DNA of 64,000 bases from Gemmatimonadales bacterium (GCA_037189525.1 JBBCJC010000002.1:992001-1056000); one strand, 5' to 3'. Counted from the first letter of the stretch, positions 10,304-20,095 are shown. Numbers and translations are program-made. Notes: generated from the sequence alone by a model not told the origin.

Positions 10304-10322
10304 TACTTTGCATTGTAAAGTA
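10304..10322. promoter_or_regulatory. Palindromic operator TACTTTGCA-T-TGTAAAGTA
   Basis: Near-perfect AT-rich inverted repeat about 40 bp upstream of the membrane protein/wHTH/uppS operon. Confidence 0.6.
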
Positions 10323-10458
10323 TTGCGTCGCTCTTTGCAAGCCGGTCTCGGCGTACCGGAGCCGGTGCAGTGTAATGCTTGCAATCGCTGTTCCACGCCG
10401 CCGGGTGCCGGGCGGGGCCGGGATTAGATTCGGTTTCGCCCATGCTGCGAGACATTCG

Positions 10459-11907
10459 ATGATCCGGAAGCTGTCGCTGGCGGTTCTCCTGCTTAGCGGA
10501 CTGGCGACTCGTTCGGCCGACGCTCAGACCCGGGGTGACCAGGCTCCCCGCGCCGGCTATCAGGCGTATCGGGCCAGCATCGAGCGGCTCGCGGCCCTGG
10601 CGCCGTCACTGACCCGGGTCTTTCCGGCGCACAACCTGCCCGTCTCCAATCCGGATGTGCTGCCGCGGGTCCGGGACGCGTTCCGCCAGGTGCGAAGGTC
10701 CGCCGAATCGCGCGGCGAGGGGATGGTCGAATATGGGTTCGAGGGATTCTCGTTCCTGGTGCGCGCGCCGGAGCCGCCGCTCCGGGTCCTGTTCATCGGC
10801 AACAGCTATACCTATTACAACAACCTCCCGGCCATGCTCGAGGACTTTGCCCGTGATGCAAACGCGGCGCGCGAGGTCCGGGTCGAGATGGTGGTGCGGG
10901 GTGGGGCCACTCTGCGGGATCACTGGACCACGGGCGACGCGCTCGCCGCGATCCGGCGCGGCCCCTGGGACTATGTGGTGCTCCAGGATCAGAGCATGCT
11001 CGGCATCACCCTGGTCGAAGGGCGGCCGAGTGTGAACGATCCGGGGCTCTTGCAAAGCTTCGGACGGCTCTTTGCCAGGGAGATCGCAGCCGTCGGCGCC
11101 AAGCCGGTGTTCTATCTCACCTGGAGTCGCCGATCGATGCCGGAACTGCAGCCGCGGTTGAACGCGGCCTACGGTGCGATTGCGCGGGAAACCGGTGCGC
11201 TGCTGGCGCCGGTCGGTCCTGCGTGGCAAGCAGTGTTAGCCGCCCGGCCCAACCTCGACCTCTATGATCCCGATGGCTCTCATCCGTCGGCCGCAGGTTC
11301 GTACCTGGCTGCCGCCACCATCTGGGCGACCATCTCGGGGCGGCCGGCGCTCGGTCTCCCCTCGTCGGTGCGCGGACGAGTCTACACTGAAAACGCCCGC
11401 GGCGCCTTCTATTCGGATTCGACCACGCGACTGGCCACGCTGACGGCCGCCGAAGCCACCACGGTGCAGCAGCTCGTCGACGATGCCGTGCAACGCGGCC
11501 TCCCGGCGTCCTCGGCGTTGGAGACCTTCGAGCACCTCCCTCCGCTTCCAGCTGGGGAGGCCCTTTCACCGGCTCGGCTGGAAGGGCGGTGGGTGGGGAC
11601 CATGCGCCTGTACGATGCCCCCGTCGATGTGACTCTGATCGTCACGGCAAAAGGAACAGCGTACTCGGCGGAGTGGCGTGTAGTGGGCCCCGGGTGGAGT
11701 ACGACCCGGCAGATTCCGAACTTCGCGGTCGGAGGCAGTGAGCTGTCGTTCAGCGTGCCTGATGTGCGCATCCTGACACCGCCGGAACTGCACCGCGCGG
11801 TCCTGGTCGGTGATACGCTGATCGGCCGTGCCTCCATCGGCAGCGTGTTACAGGTGCCTCGGCTGATCGGTTCGTGGACCATGAAACGCGCGGGCACGAG
11901 CCGGTAA
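10459..11907 (+). CDS. Secreted SGNH/GDSL hydrolase domain protein
   Basis: Signal peptide; LFIGNSYT, WDYVVLQDQS, DGSHPS. Confidence 0.8.
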   Translation: MIRKLSLAVLLLSGLATRSADAQTRGDQAPRAGYQAYRASIERLAALAPSLTRVFPAHNLPVSNPDVLPRVRDAFRQVRRSAESRGEGMVEYGFEGFSFLVRAPEPPLRVLFIGNSYTYYNNLPAMLEDFARDANAAREVRVEMVVRGGATLRDHWTTGDALAAIRRGPWDYVVLQDQSMLGITLVEGRPSVNDPGLLQSFGRLFAREIAAVGAKPVFYLTWSRRSMPELQPRLNAAYGAIARETGALLAPVGPAWQAVLAARPNLDLYDPDGSHPSAAGSYLAAATIWATISGRPALGLPSSVRGRVYTENARGAFYSDSTTRLATLTAAEATTVQQLVDDAVQRGLPASSALETFEHLPPLPAGEALSPARLEGRWVGTMRLYDAPVDVTLIVTAKGTAYSAEWRVVGPGWSTTRQIPNFAVGGSELSFSVPDVRILTPPELHRAVLVGDTLIGRASIGSVLQVPRLIGSWTMKRAGTSR

Positions 11908-11943
11908 GGCGCGCTACGGCATCACTGCTTGCTACGCACGGTG

Positions 11944-13125
11944 TTATCGGGTCAGTTCCCAGACCATCGTATCGCGAGCGGAGCCGTCGGGAGCATGCGC
12001 ATGGCCGATCAGCGTCTCGACATGGCGAAAGCCGAGCCGCTCTGGGACGGCCGCACTGCGGAGGTTCCTGGGGTCGCAGCGAATCTGAACCCGTCTGACT
12101 TCCGGATGGCGGAACGCTTCATCGACCAGCGCCTTCGACGCTTCGGTTGCGAAGCCTCGGCCAAGTTCCCGATGGTCAAGCCAGTACCCGATTTCGACGC
12201 CCGCCGGGATGCGCAAGTGGAGGCCGGTGCCGCCTAGCACGCGTCCATCATCCCGCGCGAAGATGCCGTAGGTGCCGTCGAGGCCGGCGGCAAAATCCTG
12301 GGCAAAGCGTTCGATCCGGGTCGTGACGTCCTCGAGCGGCGAGGGCTCGTGCAACGCCCAGGGCATCCACGCCCGCAGGTGATCGAGGTTGGCGTCGATC
12401 GCAGCCTTGAGCCGAGGCGCATCCTCGACCCGCCAGGGGCGGAGCAATAGACGCTCCGATTCGATCTGGTTGGCAAAGCTCAGCCGAGCGGGCGGCAACG
12501 CCTCACTCGACTCGGGCTGGTAGCGAAAGAGGCAGTAGGTGAATGCCTGCTGTCCTCCCGATGGTGTCTGGTGCTCCTCGCGCCGCGTCGTCACCAGATG
12601 GAAGTCGGGTCCGAACTCGTGTTCGAGGTTCTCGGGTGAGTATCGCGCCGTCGGCAGCCCGCTGCACCTGGTCGGCCCGTCATCGGCAAAGGTCGCGATC
12701 AGGACGTAGCCGCCCGGGCGGACCGCGCGCCGGACGTTGGCGATGTACCGGGCCCGATCGTCCGGGTCGATCAGGAAGTGGAATACGGCGCGATCGTGCC
12801 AGCCATCGACGGTAGCTGCGGGCAGCGGGTAGGTGAGGATATCGTCTTCGATCCAGTAGATCGATGAGGCCCGGTCGCCGAGTCGGTCGCGGGCGTGCTG
12901 CAGAGCGGCGACCGAAAGATCGATGACGGCGAGTTTACGGTAGCCGGCTGCCCAGAGATCCTCCGCCAGCCGCGATGCGCCGCCGCCGGCATCGAGAATC
13001 GACGCCGTGGTCGGGAGAAAGGCGCGAATCAGGTCGAGGGATTGCGCAGCTGTCGCCTGAAACCAGCTGACCTCGCTCGGCGCCTTGGTGCGATAGACCG
13101 TTTCCCAATGGGTCTTACGGTCCAT
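11944..13125 (-). CDS. Fusion of class I SAM methyltransferase and RimJ/RimL-type GNAT acetyltransferase
   Basis: HWETVY..VSWFQ, LDAGGGAS, WHDRAVFHFL, then ERLLLRPW, EIGYWL, GRGFATEA, NLRSAAVPERLGF. Confidence 0.8.
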   Translation of the reverse strand: MDRKTHWETVYRTKAPSEVSWFQATAAQSLDLIRAFLPTTASILDAGGGASRLAEDLWAAGYRKLAVIDLSVAALQHARDRLGDRASSIYWIEDDILTYPLPAATVDGWHDRAVFHFLIDPDDRARYIANVRRAVRPGGYVLIATFADDGPTRCSGLPTARYSPENLEHEFGPDFHLVTTRREEHQTPSGGQQAFTYCLFRYQPESSEALPPARLSFANQIESERLLLRPWRVEDAPRLKAAIDANLDHLRAWMPWALHEPSPLEDVTTRIERFAQDFAAGLDGTYGIFARDDGRVLGGTGLHLRIPAGVEIGYWLDHRELGRGFATEASKALVDEAFRHPEVRRVQIRCDPRNLRSAAVPERLGFRHVETLIGHAHAPDGSARDTMVWELTR

Positions 13126-13173
13126 TGGCAGGATCGGCCGGAGTGCGGGTTGGAGTCACGCGCTACCTCGATC

Positions 13174-13542
13174 CTAGCGATGCTGATCGATCAGAATCTG
13201 GTTGCCATCCGGGTCGTGGATCAGAAGGTGACCCGGACCCTGCTCCGTGGCAACCGTGGCCTTGATGGCAACGCCCTTTGCCTGCAACTGTTGCTGGATG
13301 TCCCGGACATCGGTGAAGGTCGGCAGCGGCTTCGCATCGCTGTCCCAACCCGGGTTAAAGGTCAGAATGTTCTTGTCGAACATGCCCTGAAACAGACCGA
13401 TGACGGTCGTCCCGTTCTTCAGGATCAGCCACTTCTGTTCCTGATTGCCTCCCAGGGCCGTGAAGCCGAGCTTCTCATAGAATGCGAGTGAAGCCGCAAT
13501 GTCCTTCACGGCCAGGCTGACGGAGAAAGCGCCGAGGTCCAT
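13174..13542 (-). CDS. VOC/glyoxalase family protein
   Basis: LGAFSVSLAVKDIAASLAFYEKLGF, DPDGNQILIDQH. Confidence 0.9.
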   Translation of the reverse strand: MDLGAFSVSLAVKDIAASLAFYEKLGFTALGGNQEQKWLILKNGTTVIGLFQGMFDKNILTFNPGWDSDAKPLPTFTDVRDIQQQLQAKGVAIKATVATEQGPGHLLIHDPDGNQILIDQHR

Positions 13543-13639
13543 GGGTCCTCCCGGGAAAATCGGGGTGGCTGGGAACGGCTGCCAATTGGCGGCCTCTCTC
13601 GCGAAGATAGCACCGGGACGACCGTTGTGCGGGGGCCTG

Positions 13640-14044
13640 CTACAGGTCGTCCAGCCGTTGCTGCAGGTCGGTGTAGGCGGCCTCGATCAGCGCAGCGAGG
13701 GCCACCGGATCGGCGGGGTGATCGGGGCCGAGCTTGACGTGACGCATGAACTTGCCGGTGCCGACCAGCAATCGGCCGGGATCGGGCAAGTCGGCGCCGT
13801 GGAAGAATCCGACGTTGAGGTGGGCGGTGAAGACATTGACGTAGCCGAACGCGACGTCGCCGATGCAGGCGGTCGGATGTCCGTCGTGGAGCAGTTCCTG
13901 GACATCGTTGCCTGCTCGGCGCATCACGTCGAACCAGTGGCGTGCCGTTGCTCCGAGGCTGCCCGGCTGCGCCTGCAACCAGGCGTCGACGGCCGGGTCC
14001 CGTTTGACCGAATCCGGAAAACGCATCAAGCGATTTGCCGTCAT
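13640..14044 (-). CDS. DUF1801 domain protein
   Basis: HDGHPTAC, HLNVGFFHGADLPDP, GTGKFMRHVK. Confidence 0.85.
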   Translation of the reverse strand: MTANRLMRFPDSVKRDPAVDAWLQAQPGSLGATARHWFDVMRRAGNDVQELLHDGHPTACIGDVAFGYVNVFTAHLNVGFFHGADLPDPGRLLVGTGKFMRHVKLGPDHPADPVALAALIEAAYTDLQQRLDDL

Positions 14045-14069
14045 CGCGGGACCCGACCTCGATTAGGTA

Positions 14070-15767
14070 TTACCGCACGCGGGTAAAGCGGAGATCGCGA
14101 ACGCGCCCCGACTGGATCGTGTACCCGGTGATCCGGCCGCGACGGTCGCGCACGATGTCGATCACGCTGCCGCCACGGGTAAACCCGTCCTTGTAGCTCG
14201 GATCGAGCTCGCCCAGCCGCCGATAGCCGGAGTAGGCCACCAGCTTGTCCTTCTCGACTTTCCAGGTGTGGGTCGCGTCGATCTCGTCGTTCCGATAGTC
14301 GCCGGCGTACTCTGCAAGCTGCGCAGGAGTGAGGTTGGCGGCGCCGGCGCGGGTAAACGTCACGGTTCCCGAGGCGCCGCGCACCAGCATGCGGGCCGGT
14401 GTGCCGCCGTCGTTCTCGAAACGGATTTCGGAGCCGCGGCCCACTCGGAAGCGGTTGCCGGCCAACGGGACATATTCGGTCCGCATCATGCCTTCCGCCA
14501 CCAGCGTGTCGCCCGCCATGACGGTGCGGCGCACTTCGCCGCGCTCGACGTTACGCCATACGCCGACCAGGCTGCGGAGCGTAGTAGCCGGAACGTTGAC
14601 CCGCGCTTCCTTGCTCAGGGCCTCGGTCCAGGCCGCCGCCGTATCCGGACGCATCCGGTCGCCCAGGTAGATCTCGACCACCTTGTCGGTCAGGCTGCCC
14701 GGGTCTGCCGTCGTCAGATTACAGAACGTGGCAACCGCGGTCTTCTGTTCCGGAAAGCGGTAGAACTGCGCCCGGAAACCGCCCCAGCTGCCGCTGTGGG
14801 TGACCACCGGCACGCCGCGCTCGGTGCCGACGATCAGACCCAACGCGTACGCCTGGTCGACGCCCGAGTACGCCGGCGCGCCGTTGTTCAACTTGGTGGC
14901 CGTCGTCATGGCGCGGATGATGTCGGGACCACCGACCGTGGCTTGGTCGAAGTTGTTGAGCCAGCGGCCGAAGTCCTCCACCGTGGTATGGATGCCGCCG
15001 GCGCCCATGATGGCGCCGTCGTAGTTGTTTCGCTGAATCCGGAACCCAGGGCTCCGTGGTGCGTAGCTTTCGGCCAGGTTGGGGATGATGACGTTCCGGT
15101 CCACCAGGAACCGGGTGTCATACATGCCGAGCGGCGTGAAGATCCGCTCGTTGGCAAACTCCTGGAGCGTCTTCCCGGTCAGGCGGTACACCGCCTGCGC
15201 AGCAAGGATCCAGCCGGAGTTGGTGTAGAGATAGCGCTCGCCCGGCGTGTAGTTGGGTTGGGCCGATGTGGTGATGATGTTGATAGCATCGACGGTATCA
15301 CCGGCAAAGGTCCGGCCCGTCTGTCCCCAGAGCGTCCAGAGATCGCGCAGGCCGCTGGTCTGGCTTAGAGCCCGCCGCCAGGTGATCCCGTCGGCATACG
15401 CCGGCATTTCCGGGAAGATTTTCCGGATCGGATCCTCCAGGGACAGTTTGCCGTCCTTCTCCAGCAGCAGCATCGCCATTGCGGTGAACTGCTTGGAGAT
15501 CGACCCGATATCGAGGACCGTCCTCGGGGTGATCGGGGTTCCGTTCTCGAGGCTGGCCATGCCGTAGCCTCGGCCGTAGCGCAGCTTGCCGTTTTCATAG
15601 ACCCCCATGGCGCATCCGGGGGAGTCGGTTCGATCGAAGGCGCGGAAGACGCTATCGGTACGCAGCGCCTTGTCGTCGCGCGTGCCGATGATGTGTTGAG
15701 CCGAGACGCTGTTGACCAGCGTGAGAGACGCGAGCACTGCGGGAAGCCATACGGTGTGACGGGCCAT
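14070..15767 (-). CDS. Serine hydrolase (beta-lactamase class C-like), secreted
   Basis: GSISK (SxxK), YTN, HSGSW; signal peptide; start 15767 or 15773. Confidence 0.9.
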   Translation of the reverse strand: MARHTVWLPAVLASLTLVNSVSAQHIIGTRDDKALRTDSVFRAFDRTDSPGCAMGVYENGKLRYGRGYGMASLENGTPITPRTVLDIGSISKQFTAMAMLLLEKDGKLSLEDPIRKIFPEMPAYADGITWRRALSQTSGLRDLWTLWGQTGRTFAGDTVDAINIITTSAQPNYTPGERYLYTNSGWILAAQAVYRLTGKTLQEFANERIFTPLGMYDTRFLVDRNVIIPNLAESYAPRSPGFRIQRNNYDGAIMGAGGIHTTVEDFGRWLNNFDQATVGGPDIIRAMTTATKLNNGAPAYSGVDQAYALGLIVGTERGVPVVTHSGSWGGFRAQFYRFPEQKTAVATFCNLTTADPGSLTDKVVEIYLGDRMRPDTAAAWTEALSKEARVNVPATTLRSLVGVWRNVERGEVRRTVMAGDTLVAEGMMRTEYVPLAGNRFRVGRGSEIRFENDGGTPARMLVRGASGTVTFTRAGAANLTPAQLAEYAGDYRNDEIDATHTWKVEKDKLVAYSGYRRLGELDPSYKDGFTRGGSVIDIVRDRRGRITGYTIQSGRVRDLRFTRVR

Positions 15768-15805
15768 CGTCATGCTCCAACGGGGTGAAGTGGATTGGGT
15801 TGGTC

Positions 15806-16180
15806 TCACTGGGCGGGACCTTCGACATGGAACAGCTTGTTGTAGATCGACCATGTGCCGCCGACCTTGATGAGAGACAGCGTATCGAGGAACGTCATGC
15901 CCAGGTAGTCGTCGCGGACCCGGGCCACGGCCGTGTTGCCGGCGATGTCGAGTGCAATGATCTCGAGCCGGGCCGGCGCCCCGGACGCCTTGGGTGACGG
16001 CTGCTGGCTCGCGACGAAGCCTGCAAAATCGCCGACCGGCATTTCATGGAGCCCATCGGGCAGGTAACCCGTGATCCGCCCGTTCTCGTGAAACGCGGTG
16101 TGGATCTTCTCCGGGCTCGACTCGTACATCCCGTCGAAATAGGTCTGGATCGCGGTACGAATCAACGAGTCGTCGGTCAT
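15806..16180 (-). CDS. NTF2-like / lumazine-binding family protein
   Basis: IQTYFDGMY..AFH, FLDTLSLIKVGGTWSIYNKLF. Confidence 0.85.
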   Translation of the reverse strand: MTDDSLIRTAIQTYFDGMYESSPEKIHTAFHENGRITGYLPDGLHEMPVGDFAGFVASQQPSPKASGAPARLEIIALDIAGNTAVARVRDDYLGMTFLDTLSLIKVGGTWSIYNKLFHVEGPAQ

Positions 16181-16349
16181 TGAAAAGAGGCCCCGGATTT
16201 GAGGTCACGAGCGAAGGCCCCGAGGGTATCCGGGGTCGGATGGTTCGTTCTGGAGTGTGCGTAACCCCGAACAGTACGGTCGAACCGGGGGATAGGGAAG
16301 GTCTCTTCGGAGGCGGCCTGCTGCCCGCCCGGGTGGGCGGGCCAAGGGG

Positions 16350-16832
16350 TCAGGGAACCCAGCCCGGGAGTACCGCGGCCTGCTCGATCCAGGCAGCCAT
16401 CTGCTTCTCGTCGAACTGTCCCTCCCGGATATTGACGTAGCGGGTGTACTTGTCTTTGCTGGGGTCCGGCGGAACGGGCCGCAGGTCGGCTCCTCGGAAG
16501 AAGGCGACCTTGACGTAGTTGGTAAAGGTGTGGATGCCGAGAAAAAATCCTTGGCCTTCGACGCCGTAGAGCGGCGAATTCCACTTTACCGCCTTCTGGA
16601 GGTTCGGGACGGTGCGCTCGATCAGCGCATCGAGGCGCTTGCCCAGGTCGCTTTTCCAACCCGGCATCGCGGCGATGTAAGCCTGCACGGGCGCGTCGCC
16701 GTCCGCTTTGGCAATCTGCGGATTGCCGCCCGACAGGAGGACCACGTCCTCCCCTTTCTGAGTCTTGGCGCGCTTGGGCCGGCTTCCCGATGTGTTTGCC
16801 TTGCGCCCGGTCTTTCGAGGTGGTTTTGCCAT
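16350..16832 (-). CDS. DUF1801 domain protein
   Basis: LLSGGNPQIAKADG, KAVKWNSPLYG, VKVAFFRGADL. Confidence 0.85.
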   Translation of the reverse strand: MAKPPRKTGRKANTSGSRPKRAKTQKGEDVVLLSGGNPQIAKADGDAPVQAYIAAMPGWKSDLGKRLDALIERTVPNLQKAVKWNSPLYGVEGQGFFLGIHTFTNYVKVAFFRGADLRPVPPDPSKDKYTRYVNIREGQFDEKQMAAWIEQAAVLPGWVP

Positions 16833-16851
16833 CTGAGCTCCCCTTGCTCGA

Positions 16852-17073
16852 TCAGCCGGTGTGAGACTCGCCGCGCCGCTTGGTGCGATACGGCAGCACG
16901 AACAGGTGGAGGCCCGTCAGGAGCAGCAATGCCAGTGGCGCCAGGGGAGAATATGTCACCCAGTCCGGCGGAGTGCCTCGAGTCATTGCGACGAAGTTGG
17001 CAATCACCGCGAGGGTAAAGAGGATCGACACCCAGCGGTGCAGCTGACGAATGCGCGTGTTGAACCGACTCAT
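16852..17073 (-). CDS. Small 2-TM membrane protein
   Basis: MSRFNTRIRQLHRWVSILFT..LLTGLHLFVLPY; start overlaps the SRPBCC stop. Confidence 0.7.
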   Translation of the reverse strand: MSRFNTRIRQLHRWVSILFTLAVIANFVAMTRGTPPDWVTYSPLAPLALLLLTGLHLFVLPYRTKRRGESHTG

Positions 17074-17510
17074 GAGATTCTCCCGAGCAGATCGACCAGA
17101 TTGCCACCCATCATCCGCCAGCCGTAGCGCGCGCCGCCGAAGTTCTGCTTCTGGTGCGGCTTGAACCCGGATTGCACCAGCGACAGCTGCGTACCGGCGT
17201 CGGTCGGTGTCAGGGTGAAGGTCAGGATCGTATCGATGTCGCCGACGATCCAGGACCAACTGATTTTCTGCTGAGGCACCACCTCCAGCATTCGGCAGTT
17301 CACGATCCCGTCCCAGCTGGGTTGTGGTTGGGTCTGGAAGAGAAAGGTGGTGCCCGGGGCCAGACCGAAGTCGACGACCGGGAGCAGCCACTGCGCCAGG
17401 AGTTCGGGGTCGGTCAGCGCCCGCCAGACCTTGTCGGGCGCGTGGGGCAGGTCGAACTCGAAGGTGACCGATTCCGATTGGGACGGCGCGGTTTTGTCGG
17501 CGTGCGTCAT
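17070..17510 (-). CDS. SRPBCC/AHSA1 domain protein
   Basis: PDKVWRALTDPELLAQWL, GTQLSLVQSGF. Confidence 0.85.
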   Translation of the reverse strand: MTHADKTAPSQSESVTFEFDLPHAPDKVWRALTDPELLAQWLLPVVDFGLAPGTTFLFQTQPQPSWDGIVNCRMLEVVPQQKISWSWIVGDIDTILTFTLTPTDAGTQLSLVQSGFKPHQKQNFGGARYGWRMMGGNLVDLLGRIS

Positions 17511-17836
17511 TTGTCCATTCGCTCCAGCAGGCGTTCGAGTTTGCCGACGCGCTCGGTCCAGAAGGCCCGGTAGTGGGTGATCCAGTCGACCAGGGGGGTC
17601 AGGCCGCGCGGTTCGACCCGGTAATAGACGTGGCGGCCTTCGCGCCTCCCCTGGACCAGTCCGGCCTCGCGGAGCGCGGCGAGATGCTGCGAGACCGCGG
17701 GTTGGGAAATGTCGAACCGGGCGGTCAGATCTTTGACCGCCGCTTCCCCCCCTGTGAGGGACTCGAAAATCGCCCGGCGACTCGGATCGGCGAGGGCGAG
17801 AAAGATCTTGTCTTCGAGTGTGGTCGCAGAGGTCAT
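17507..17836 (-). CDS. ArsR/SmtB family regulator
   Basis: FLALADPSRRAI, SQPAVSQHLAALREAGLV. Confidence 0.9.
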   Translation of the reverse strand: MTSATTLEDKIFLALADPSRRAIFESLTGGEAAVKDLTARFDISQPAVSQHLAALREAGLVQGRREGRHVYYRVEPRGLTPLVDWITHYRAFWTERVGKLERLLERMDK

Positions 17837-17845
17837 GTACAACGT

Positions 17846-17871
17846 ATAAGCAAATACTTATGTGTTGTCAA
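17846..17871 (-). promoter_or_regulatory. ArsR operator ATAAG-N6-CTTAT and adjacent TTGACA -35
   Basis: Inverted repeat 17846-17861, 10 bp upstream of the ATG; TTGACA on the minus strand at 17871-17866. Confidence 0.55.
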
Positions 17872-18042
17872 TCTCGACCGGACCTCGGGTGCGACAACCA
17901 CGTTCCGGGCTCTGCTCCAGCCACCGAAGGCGCCTCGGCAACGATTGCGCTATCTCCCGTATCTCAATATTGATATGCCCGAAGCGCCTCGGCCGCCTCA
18001 CGAGTGGGTGTGCCGGTGGGCCTCTCCCAACGACGAGGATAC

Positions 18043-19161
18043 ATGTCGCGGTCTCTCCCGGTCGGAATCGGCGTTGTCGTGGTCGGTCTCCTCACGGGTG
18101 CGCTGCCGCAGTCTCTTGCTGCGCAGGATGCCGATCCGCCTCGGCGCGCCGATGCGTGGATTCGCGAACAGATGGCGGCGCGGAAAATCCCCGGCATGGC
18201 CGTCTCGGTGATCCGCGACGGGCAACTCGTCTTCGAACGGGCCTACGGTCTGGCCAACGTCGAGCATGAGGTTCCGGTGACGACCGCGACCCGATTCATC
18301 ATTGCGTCGACCACCAAGGCCTGGGCAGCTACCGCGATCATGATGCTGGTCGAACAGGGAAAGCTCCGGTTGGACCAGCCGGTCGGCGACCTGCTGCCCG
18401 AACTGCCGCTTGCGTGGCGAGCGGTGCCGGTCCGCCGCCTTCTCTCGCACACTTCGGGTCTGCCCGATGTGATCGAAAGCCCCAACACCGGGGTCGTGCT
18501 GGCGCACACCAGGGACTCGGCGCTCGCGCTCGCGGGGGCCAAGCCGCTCGACTTTCCCGTGGGGACCGAGTGGGCTTACAACCAGACCAACTTCGTCCTG
18601 CTCGGGATGATCATCGATCGCGTCACCGGCACGCCGTTCATGCCGTGGATCCTCGAGCACGTGGCCAGGCCGCTCGGTCTCGAGAGTGCGGTGTTCGGCG
18701 ATTCACGGGCCGTCATCCCGGGGCGGGCGACGCAGTACACTCGTTGGGCGCTGTCCGCGAAAGGACCGCCGGTCCAACTCGATTCGTTGCGGGTGGCCTC
18801 GTATCTCTACGAATCGTGGATGCACATGGCCGCGGGGCTCAACGTGACGGCATCCGATCTGGCCCGGTTCGGCGATGCGGTAGGGACGGGGCGTCTGATC
18901 AGCCCGGCGTTGCGCGACACGATGTGGACCGCGATCACGCTGGCGGATGGAACCGTTTTTCGTTTCAGCGGCACGTCCGGCATGGGCCTGGGCTGGGCGG
19001 TGGATGACGCGCCGAGCGGGAAAGTGGCCTCCATGTCGGGCGGGGCGGCCGCGTCACTGAGGGTGTATCCGGCCCGCAAGCTCACGGTGGCCGTGCTCAC
19101 CAACCTGCAGGGTTCCGGGCCGGAACAACTCTCACAGGGCGTGGCCGACTTTTTCAGGTAG
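18043..19161 (+). CDS. Serine hydrolase (beta-lactamase family), secreted
   Basis: ASTTK, LLSHTSGL, YNQTN; signal peptide. Confidence 0.9.
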   Translation: MSRSLPVGIGVVVVGLLTGALPQSLAAQDADPPRRADAWIREQMAARKIPGMAVSVIRDGQLVFERAYGLANVEHEVPVTTATRFIIASTTKAWAATAIMMLVEQGKLRLDQPVGDLLPELPLAWRAVPVRRLLSHTSGLPDVIESPNTGVVLAHTRDSALALAGAKPLDFPVGTEWAYNQTNFVLLGMIIDRVTGTPFMPWILEHVARPLGLESAVFGDSRAVIPGRATQYTRWALSAKGPPVQLDSLRVASYLYESWMHMAAGLNVTASDLARFGDAVGTGRLISPALRDTMWTAITLADGTVFRFSGTSGMGLGWAVDDAPSGKVASMSGGAAASLRVYPARKLTVAVLTNLQGSGPEQLSQGVADFFR

Positions 19162-19168
19162 CAGCGGT

Positions 19169-19558
19169 TCAGCTGATCCGTTCGAGACGTCCCTTCCTCC
19201 GGATCAGGTTCTTATAGTCCCATTGCACTTCGCGTGACTCCGCCAACCAGCTGTTCAGCAGCTCGGCATCGATCTGGTCGGCGGCCGTAAAACGTGCTTC
19301 GGCCGCCTTGAAGGTCCCTTCGTTCGCGAGCCCCTTCGTCTTGAAGGATTGGCCGCTCCAGAACAGCAGCCTGACGCAGTGCTTGAGCTTGCTGTATCCG
19401 ACGATCGGGTTGCCGTCGAGGAACCAGACCGGATGCGCGTGCCAGATCTTGTTCTCGGCCTCCGGAAGCGCCGTGTCGATTGCCGTGGCCAGGCGGGTGC
19501 AGATGGCCCGGTCGGCCGGGGTCTGAGCCTCGTTGTATTTCCGGGTATCCGCGTGCAT
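19169..19558 (-). CDS. DUF1801 domain protein
   Basis: KIWHAHPVWFLDGNPIVGY, RLLFWSGQSF. Confidence 0.85.
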   Translation of the reverse strand: MHADTRKYNEAQTPADRAICTRLATAIDTALPEAENKIWHAHPVWFLDGNPIVGYSKLKHCVRLLFWSGQSFKTKGLANEGTFKAAEARFTAADQIDAELLNSWLAESREVQWDYKNLIRRKGRLERIS

Positions 19559-19573
19559 CGCGGTCTCCTTGCC

Positions 19574-20095
19574 TCAGGCTGCCGGGGCGGGCTCCGCGTC
19601 TCCGCTCGGTCCGTAGATGTCGGGCACCTTGCTGCCGAGGGCGCGCAGGTGCGTCGATAGCTGGCCGCGGTGGTGGACACTGTGATTGTTGGCGAAGCCG
19701 ATCCAAGCTGCGCGGGACTTATTCATCATGCCGAAGAAGTCCACGTCGGCTGCTAGCTGCTCATCCGACAGGTTGCGCAGCTCGGCAATCTTGCTGGAGA
19801 TCGCTCCCTGGTAAAATCCGATGATGTCCTGGACCTTCTGGAAGGCCGCTTCGGCCTGTTTGACCTGCGCCGGATCGTAGTGGAAGACTCCCTTTTCGAT
19901 ACTCTCCAGGAACCAGAAGTCGGACGTCGCGATGTGGAGCACGAGGTCCCAGGCGGATCGCGATTTCGGATCAGGGCGATAGTCCCGGGTGTCGTCCTTC
20001 ACGGCGGCGAGGACGCGAACGGTTGCCGGGAGTTCGTTTTCCCAGAGCGTGATCATCGCTTCGGCAACGGCTCTGGCGTGCACTGGATTCGTCAT
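19574..20095 (-). CDS. DinB family protein
   Basis: PKSRSAWDLVLHI, NHSVHHRGQLSTHLR, VPDIYGPS. Confidence 0.9.
   Translation of the reverse strand: MTNPVHARAVAEAMITLWENELPATVRVLAAVKDDTRDYRPDPKSRSAWDLVLHIATSDFWFLESIEKGVFHYDPAQVKQAEAAFQKVQDIIGFYQGAISSKIAELRNLSDEQLAADVDFFGMMNKSRAAWIGFANNHSVHHRGQLSTHLRALGSKVPDIYGPSGDAEPAPAA

Noticed and set aside
16323..16342. GC hairpin as terminator
   Set aside because: 8-bp stem without a U tract; function unsupported
14070..19161. Serine hydrolases as beta-lactam resistance genes
   Set aside because: SxxK/YxN-type motifs show the fold only; no evidence of beta-lactamase specificity
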